Of a stretch of 32,000 nt of DNA, positions 26,594 to 32,000 are shown piece after piece. The notes beneath the pieces are model-generated. The model was not told the origin of the DNA. It did not search any database and saw only the letters and a list, made by a program, of their open reading frames with translations. The DNA is from Candidatus Lokiarchaeum ossiferum (lineage in GTDB: Archaea; Asgardarchaeota; Lokiarchaeia; Sigyniarchaeales; Promethearchaeaceae), in contig CP104013.1 of the NCBI GenBank assembly GCA_025839675.1, positions 3,180,001 through 3,212,000 of the forward strand, in the 5' to 3' direction. Position 1 is the stretch's first letter; each line of letters opens with the position of its first letter. The position numbers were made by a program, and so were the translations under genes.

Positions 26594-28669
26594 GTGATGA
26601 AAAAATGCAAGAATAATTTAAATTCTTCCTTAAAGAATGAAATGGATCAAAGAATTTTAAGCCTGAATTGCTCTTCTTTTCCCAGTGACGATAAAAAATT
26701 GTGTTTAACTTGCATAGTTGATAAGTTACTGGAATTATCTAAAAAATCTTATGATGATATTCAAATAAATTGGAGAGTATTGGATAATTCCGAAACAAAG
26801 GTCTTGGTATACTTAAGTAACTTTCTAATTGATCTTCGTAAAAGAGATCTTAGTTCAAATTGTAAAATCGCACTTTTACAATGTCAATACAATAGCAAAC
26901 TAATTAATCCTTTAGAAAAAATAACAATTCAATCCATTTTCAGATGTTTAAAAAATGAAAACGTGCCAAATTCAAAAGATTTGCATGAAGAAGGATATAA
27001 TCTTGACAAAATATGTGAATCTTGCATAAAAAAACAATACAAAAAAAACAAATTAATTAATAAAATATATTGCAAATCAAAATTTGCCTCATTACTTGAA
27101 AAAAAATATGGATTATTTCATCCTTCCTTAGGAGATATAGTGAGAATATTACCTTCATTTTCTCTTATTAGTGTCGAAAATAACCTTAAGTCAAATTCTC
27201 ACATTTACAGTGAGATTGAACAATATAGTTTACACAAAAATATATTTTTAGTTAAAATTTTTAAAATTGAAAATGAAATAGAAAACTTATATCAAGTTAC
27301 AAATTTGATATCACCCTCACTTAGTCAAAAATTAGATTTTTTCAAAAAATTCTTCAAAACGAAGTTATCAAGCCTTAAATTCCAGTATTTCTCGAATTTA
27401 GCCGAAAAAATTGATCATATTGAGATCCAATTAAAATCTTCATTCAAGAATTTTTTTCCTGAAATTAGAGTAGATGAAATTACAAAATTAAGTCTGATCC
27501 TAGCGTTAAAATACTTGAAAGTTGAAAAATTATTTCCTCTTTTAGTCGACCCGTTTATCGAAGAAATATTTCTTGATTCCGCTGAAGCATTTATTTATTT
27601 AAACCATCAAAAATTTGGGAGATGTATTACCAAATTATGTATAAATGAAATTGAGATAGAAGCTTTAAAAACCCATCTTAGGTTTGAAAGTGAAAAAAGA
27701 TTGGATGAAAAATCCCCCAGCTTAATCCATTCTATAAATAATAAATACTTCCACTGTAGATTTTCAATTGATATATTTCCATCACATTGGAAAAATTTTT
27801 CATTTGACATTAGAAAAATGAATAAAAATATTTATTCAATAATCGATCTTATAAGTTTGAACACCTTAAGCGTAAGAATGGCTAGTTTTTTAATTTTTTG
27901 TATCATAAATAGAATAAATATCACAATTGCGGGTGAAGTTAACTCAGGGAAGACAACATTACTTAATTCTATTGATCTAATGATTCCGAAAAATTTCCGT
28001 AAAATATATGTTGAAGAAACATTGGAGAGCTTAGAAATACCAATAAGTCAAAATCACCAATTAAAATATGTAGTTGAGTCCGATTTAGACGGAATAAACA
28101 GAGGAAAAGAAAAAGAAATATATAAATTGCTCCACCGTTCAGGAGATATAATTATTTTGGGAGAGATTCTTAACAAATCAGAATCTGATGCATTATTTCA
28201 TTGTTTGAGTGCAGGATTGAAAGGTATTCAGACAACTCATGCTTCATCAATTCAAGGATTAATTAATCGATGGATAGTTCATTTTAATATTGATAAAAGT
28301 TGTTTTAATGATCTTGGAATAATTGTTTTGATGAAGAAAATAGGACAACAGAGAAAAATCCTGTCCATTTGTGAAACTATATATAACAGAAGAGAAGATT
28401 CGCTACACATAAATGACTTCTTTAAATATTTCCCTAATTCTAATAAATGGAAACAAATTATTCCATTCACAGATTCAAATCTTTTCAAGAAATTGAATAG
28501 TTATTTAAATCTCACAGATTATAAATACCAGAATATTATCAATACTATCGAAGATGCTCTATATCAATTAATCCAGAAATCTAAAGAAACGAAAAAATCT
28601 AAATTTAACTTAGCACAAGGAATTTTAAAATCTTTGAATGAAATTGAACCTATGATTGGAGGTAATTAA
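26594..28669 (+). CDS. type II/IV secretion-family ATPase (FlaI/TadA/VirB11-like) with long N-terminal extension
   Basis: Walker A is ITIAGEVNSGKTT, at about residue 450. Walker B is DIIILGEI, and the His-box is GIQTTHASS. The protein is 691 aa. ATG 26597 is the probable start. Confidence 0.85.
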   Translation: MMKKCKNNLNSSLKNEMDQRILSLNCSSFPSDDKKLCLTCIVDKLLELSKKSYDDIQINWRVLDNSETKVLVYLSNFLIDLRKRDLSSNCKIALLQCQYNSKLINPLEKITIQSIFRCLKNENVPNSKDLHEEGYNLDKICESCIKKQYKKNKLINKIYCKSKFASLLEKKYGLFHPSLGDIVRILPSFSLISVENNLKSNSHIYSEIEQYSLHKNIFLVKIFKIENEIENLYQVTNLISPSLSQKLDFFKKFFKTKLSSLKFQYFSNLAEKIDHIEIQLKSSFKNFFPEIRVDEITKLSLILALKYLKVEKLFPLLVDPFIEEIFLDSAEAFIYLNHQKFGRCITKLCINEIEIEALKTHLRFESEKRLDEKSPSLIHSINNKYFHCRFSIDIFPSHWKNFSFDIRKMNKNIYSIIDLISLNTLSVRMASFLIFCIINRINITIAGEVNSGKTTLLNSIDLMIPKNFRKIYVEETLESLEIPISQNHQLKYVVESDLDGINRGKEKEIYKLLHRSGDIIILGEILNKSESDALFHCLSAGLKGIQTTHASSIQGLINRWIVHFNIDKSCFNDLGIIVLMKKIGQQRKILSICETIYNRREDSLHINDFFKYFPNSNKWKQIIPFTDSNLFKKLNSYLNLTDYKYQNIINTIEDALYQLIQKSKETKKSKFNLAQGILKSLNEIEPMIGGN

Positions 28670-29096
28670 GATCAATCAAATTTTGGATAAGATGCTATTA
28701 ATGGTATTTGGTTTAATTTCCATCCTAGTTTTTGCACCAATATTATTTTTTTTTTTGGAAAATAATTTTTCTACAATATCAGTTGAAAATACAGTAGAAT
28801 TAGAACAGATTGATTCTGATATATTAAATTTGGCAGAAAATTTTAAAATTTTTCAGGAAGACAATAACGAATCTCAGATATTTTATTTTGAATTCCAAGG
28901 AGTGATTACTGTCTTTTACGAAAATTTGAATAATTTAACTACGTTATATTTGAATTTTTATTACAACGAAACAAAATCTCCGATCTTTAGGCATTTAATT
29001 TTCAACAACGAACTAAATATTACAATTAATTCATACCAGATTAACCAATATTTCTTCCTTAAAGAAAAAAATGTGATTTCACTAATTTTTTCTTAA
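28656..29096 (+). CDS. small membrane-anchored protein of the filament locus (FlaF/FlaG-like topology)
   Basis: A single N-terminal TM helix (MLLMVFGLISILVFAPILFFFL) is followed by a beta-rich region of about 110 aa. It overlaps the ATPase stop, with GGAGGT at 28658-28663. There is no recognisable [KR]G cleavage motif. Confidence 0.5.
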   Translation: MEVIKINQILDKMLLMVFGLISILVFAPILFFFLENNFSTISVENTVELEQIDSDILNLAENFKIFQEDNNESQIFYFEFQGVITVFYENLNNLTTLYLNFYYNETKSPIFRHLIFNNELNITINSYQINQYFFLKEKNVISLIFS

Positions 29097-29110
29097 GGAG
29101 GTGCTAAATC

Positions 29111-30637
29111 ATGAATTTTTCGAAAATAATCAATGACACATATTTTCACTTATGTTCCAAACTCCCAAAAAAAAACAATTTTGAAAGCAAGCAAGAAATA
29201 GTTTATGAGGATATTATTAGAGTTGAATATAATTTAACAAAAAGTCAACAGATGCAAGGAGCTTATCTATTATCAATGGGATTTTTTATTGTTTTATGTA
29301 TAGCACATTATATTTGGCAATTTGACATGATTTATTTAATATTTTTGATATGTATCGGTTTTTTAATCTTCACTTACTTGAAAAACTATTTCAAGAATCA
29401 AATAAAGGTGAAGGAATATAGTTTAATAAATCATTTACAATTTTTGGTGGTCCAAATTAAGATATTTTTAAAAAATGTTTCAAAAACTAAAGATAGGGAA
29501 ATATTAATTTTAGAAATGTTGACTTACGGTCCAAAATTATCCCCAAATATAGATCAAGTTTATTATTCTCTTAGTTTAGGTAAAAATTCAAAAAAAAGTC
29601 TGGAAAAATTAATCTTTTACTCTCCTGCTTTTACCAAATTTTTCCAAACGATGATCAAATTCAATTTTGATGAAAAAATTGTATCAAAATTAGATGAATT
29701 TAATTCATCTTATGAAAAAAAAATAGAAATGTTTATACAATCTCTCGAGACAAGATTAAGTCTTTTCTTCTTTTTCTCGATTTTTTATCCAATTGGTGTC
29801 TTTTATTTTGCAGCAACATACCCAATTTCTTTTAAAACTATGTTAATGCTGGTTTTAATATATTATTTGGCACAAGAAATTATTTTAAAATATGTGCTGG
29901 ATAATCGAATACATTTGCTAGGCGATGTATCTAATTTGAAAAAAAAAAAAAAAAATGAATTTGAAACATTTTTAGACTTTTTCTTGATTTTAGGAAGAAA
30001 TTTAATCAATAGTTCTCCTGAAATTGCAATATTTGAAGCTTTTAAAAGCATAGGTCCGAAATCTCAAGAAATTTTAAAATTATCTAATTTTAATTTCTCT
30101 CTTGAATTTTTATCTCTTGAACATTTTTTAAATAAAATGTCTCAAACCTTGCAGAACAGTGAAATAAGTCAATTTTTAAATTTCTTGTTAAAACTTTTTA
30201 AAAATGATTCTTCACAAGGATATAATTTTTTAATTGATACTTTAATTCAAATTAATTCTCATAAAGTTCAAGTAAACAAGCAAGAAGTTGCTTTCAAAAA
30301 TGCCTATTCTAAGTCAAATTTATTCAAAATGCTTCTTGCTTTAATACTTGGCATATTAACTCCATTTATCATCAAATTTCAAGCAACGATAGTTGAATTT
30401 CAAAAAGTAGTAAACAGCTCACAAGATTTCTATTTTGAATACTCGACTTTAGCAATCAATCAATCGATATCTCTTGTATTAAGAGTAATTTCATTACTAT
30501 TTCTTATTATAAATATTACTTCTTTTAATCGTTTTTATATTAAACGATCTTTCAAAAAAATAGATTTTCTCGTAATTATTTTATACATTATTTTTAATCT
30601 AATTTCGAATATTTTGCTCCAAAATACAATCCTTTGA
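29111..30637 (+). CDS. polytopic membrane platform protein (FlaJ / fused TadB-TadC, T2SS-F-like)
   Basis: A strong SD (AAGGAGGTG) lies 7 nt upstream. The 508-aa protein has two clusters of TM helices separated by soluble helical segments. It sits immediately after the secretion ATPase, as in archaeal type IV filament loci. Confidence 0.65.
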   Translation: MNFSKIINDTYFHLCSKLPKKNNFESKQEIVYEDIIRVEYNLTKSQQMQGAYLLSMGFFIVLCIAHYIWQFDMIYLIFLICIGFLIFTYLKNYFKNQIKVKEYSLINHLQFLVVQIKIFLKNVSKTKDREILILEMLTYGPKLSPNIDQVYYSLSLGKNSKKSLEKLIFYSPAFTKFFQTMIKFNFDEKIVSKLDEFNSSYEKKIEMFIQSLETRLSLFFFFSIFYPIGVFYFAATYPISFKTMLMLVLIYYLAQEIILKYVLDNRIHLLGDVSNLKKKKKNEFETFLDFFLILGRNLINSSPEIAIFEAFKSIGPKSQEILKLSNFNFSLEFLSLEHFLNKMSQTLQNSEISQFLNFLLKLFKNDSSQGYNFLIDTLIQINSHKVQVNKQEVAFKNAYSKSNLFKMLLALILGILTPFIIKFQATIVEFQKVVNSSQDFYFEYSTLAINQSISLVLRVISLLFLIINITSFNRFYIKRSFKKIDFLVIILYIIFNLISNILLQNTIL

Positions 30638-30810
30638 AAACATTGTCTTTGGAAAAAGATTTTTTGATAGAAAAAATGAAATAAAGTCCACCTTCAGACA
30701 TCCAATATGATTGAATAGTAGTAAATTACTCATTTATCTGAATAACAATTATGGGTAGGATGCTATACTTGCACAGAATTACACACGTGAGAATTTAATG
30801 AACAAATTAA

Positions 30811-30831
30811 AATAAAAATAAAATAAAAAAA
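30811..30831 (-). terminator. oligo-T terminator directly after rpl23
   Basis: Downstream of the uL23 stop, the minus-strand sense reads TTTCTTTTTTTATTTTATTTTTATTTT. Confidence 0.5.
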
Positions 30832-30836
30832 GAAAT

Positions 30837-31103
30837 TTAGAAGATACCTAACTTAATTGCAAGATCTGCTGCCGAATTATTCGGATGAAGTTTTACAAAG
30901 GCTTTTTTATTTCCATTTGAATGAATTAAAGTGTTAATTTTTACAACTTTAACATCATATAATTTTTCAATAGCCTCTTTAATTTGGAATTTATTCGCTT
31001 TTCGTTCAACTATAAACACCAATTTATTATGATCTTCAATTAAATCGAATGTATTTTCTGTGACTAAAGGTTTCAAAATTATAGAATAATAATTCACTGA
31101 CAT
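30837..31103 (-). CDS. rpl23: 50S ribosomal protein uL23
   Basis: ILKPLVTENTFDLIEDHNKLVFIVERKANKFQIKEAIEKLYDVKVVKINTL is the uL23 signature. The gene follows rpl4. Confidence 0.9.
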   Translation of the reverse strand: MSVNYYSIILKPLVTENTFDLIEDHNKLVFIVERKANKFQIKEAIEKLYDVKVVKINTLIHSNGNKKAFVKLHPNNSAADLAIKLGIF

Positions 31104-31107
31104 TTTA

Positions 31108-31905
31108 TTAGTTCACCTCATATTTATTCAAAGATTTGAATGCTGATTGAGTCCAAATGACTAAACGTCCAGAATGGGTTCCTGGAGCTAACAGATTGCA
31201 ATTCAAATTATCAATTTTGACAACTTCAACTCCAGGAATATTCCGTGCAGCTTTATAGATACCAAAATTTTCCTTGATTACAACCAAAGGACCACGTCTT
31301 CGTTTATACTTCCGACCACGTCGTTTTCCTTTTCCTGCTCGAATTGTAACACTATTCTTCACTCTTGCCATTTCATCAATTAATCCGATTTTTTCAAAAA
31401 CATCAATAACTTGAGATGTTTTTTTAAGAGTTTGAAGTTTATCATCAATAACTATCGGTAAAGAAGATATTTTTTCAATAGCATGTCCTCGTTTCTGAAC
31501 AAGATTCCGTTTCTCGGTGGCAGAAATAGCAGATAATAATGCTAATTGCTTTTCTTTACGATTAATTCGTTTAATTGTTACTTTTTCTGCTCGAGGTGGA
31601 TGAGCTACACGCCCACCGACAACACCAGGTGCAAAAGCAGCACTCCGCGCACCAGGATACCCAGAACCACGTAATCGAGGAACTCTTGCAGATGCAAAAC
31701 CAGTCCCCCAACTTAATGCAGTATTTCGCTTTCCAGCTAATGGATTTCGCCCTTGTGGTTGCTTTTGAGCAGCTTCTGTTGAAATAACTGCTCTTTCGAT
31801 AAGATCTAAACGAGGTGTAATGGAAAATACATCTGGAAGATCAATCGATTCTTTTTCCTTTCCATCTAATCCAAGGATATTAATTTTTTCTTTTTGATTT
31901 GCCAT
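31108..31905 (-). CDS. rpl4: 50S ribosomal protein uL4
   Basis: It contains QPQGRNPLAGKRNTALSWGTGFASARVPRLRGSGY...GGRVAHPPRAEK and is 265 aa. Confidence 0.92.
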   Translation of the reverse strand: MANQKEKINILGLDGKEKESIDLPDVFSITPRLDLIERAVISTEAAQKQPQGRNPLAGKRNTALSWGTGFASARVPRLRGSGYPGARSAAFAPGVVGGRVAHPPRAEKVTIKRINRKEKQLALLSAISATEKRNLVQKRGHAIEKISSLPIVIDDKLQTLKKTSQVIDVFEKIGLIDEMARVKNSVTIRAGKGKRRGRKYKRRRGPLVVIKENFGIYKAARNIPGVEVVKIDNLNCNLLAPGTHSGRLVIWTQSAFKSLNKYEVN

Positions 31906-31914
31906 ATTTTACAC

Positions 31915-32000
31915 CTACTTTCCTTGTTGACTGAGTTTACTAATATAAGTTATCTCAGGTACAGATACTGCATGATGTGCTTTGGGTCTCATAGTTTCTC
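31915..32000 (-). CDS. rpl3: 50S ribosomal protein uL3, C-terminal fragment (runs off the right edge)
   Basis: The minus-strand frame ends ...ETMRPKAHHAVSVPEITYISKLSQQGK with a TAG at 31917..31915. Its position upstream of rpl4 follows the conserved L3-L4-L23 order. Confidence 0.65.
   Translation of the reverse strand, partial: ETMRPKAHHAVSVPEITYISKLSQQGK

Noticed and set aside
30660-30770. Possible C/D-box sRNA (ATGATTGA and CTGA strings) in the convergent gap between the platform gene and rpl23; similar strings occur at 615-730 and on the minus strand at 24080-24150
   Set aside because: The box spacing does not fit the archaeal C-12nt-D'/C'-12nt-D architecture, and no terminal stem is present.

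Overview
This is an AT-rich archaeal chromosomal segment, roughly 30% GC by eye, in which structured RNAs stand out as GC-richer islands.

Housekeeping content:
- A 16S rRNA followed by tRNA-Ala(UGC), with no 23S rRNA.
- tRNA-Leu(UAG) and tRNA-Glu(CUC).
- An SRP (7S) RNA lying in a gap with no ORF.
- Thermosome, TFB, Tsr3, an MtaB/CDKAL1-type methylthiotransferase, and a Ygr210/Obg-type GTPase.
- Ribosomal proteins eS17, uL23, uL4 and the C-terminal end of uL3.

Accessory content:
1. A three-gene small-GTPase module. It encodes a fused double-Roadblock protein with no canonical start codon, an orphan 299-aa protein, and an MglA-family GTPase.
2. A second, stand-alone double-Roadblock paralog.
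3. A membrane-anchored HerA/FtsK-like P-loop ATPase with a roughly 370-aa C-terminal extension.
4. A 1379-aa PKD-array surface protein with near-identical 261-bp tandem repeats.
5. A Tad/Flp-like type IV filament locus that follows the PKD gene. It contains a pilin, a short prepilin peptidase, a secretion ATPase, a small membrane protein and a platform protein. Unusually, a full-length Orc1/Cdc6 and an ArsR-type wHTH sit between the pilin and the peptidase.

The abundance of Roadblock domains, the MglA-like GTPase and the AT-rich genome suggest an Asgard (Lokiarchaeia-like) archaeon. This cannot be confirmed without a database search. I found no CRISPR array, IS element or integrase.
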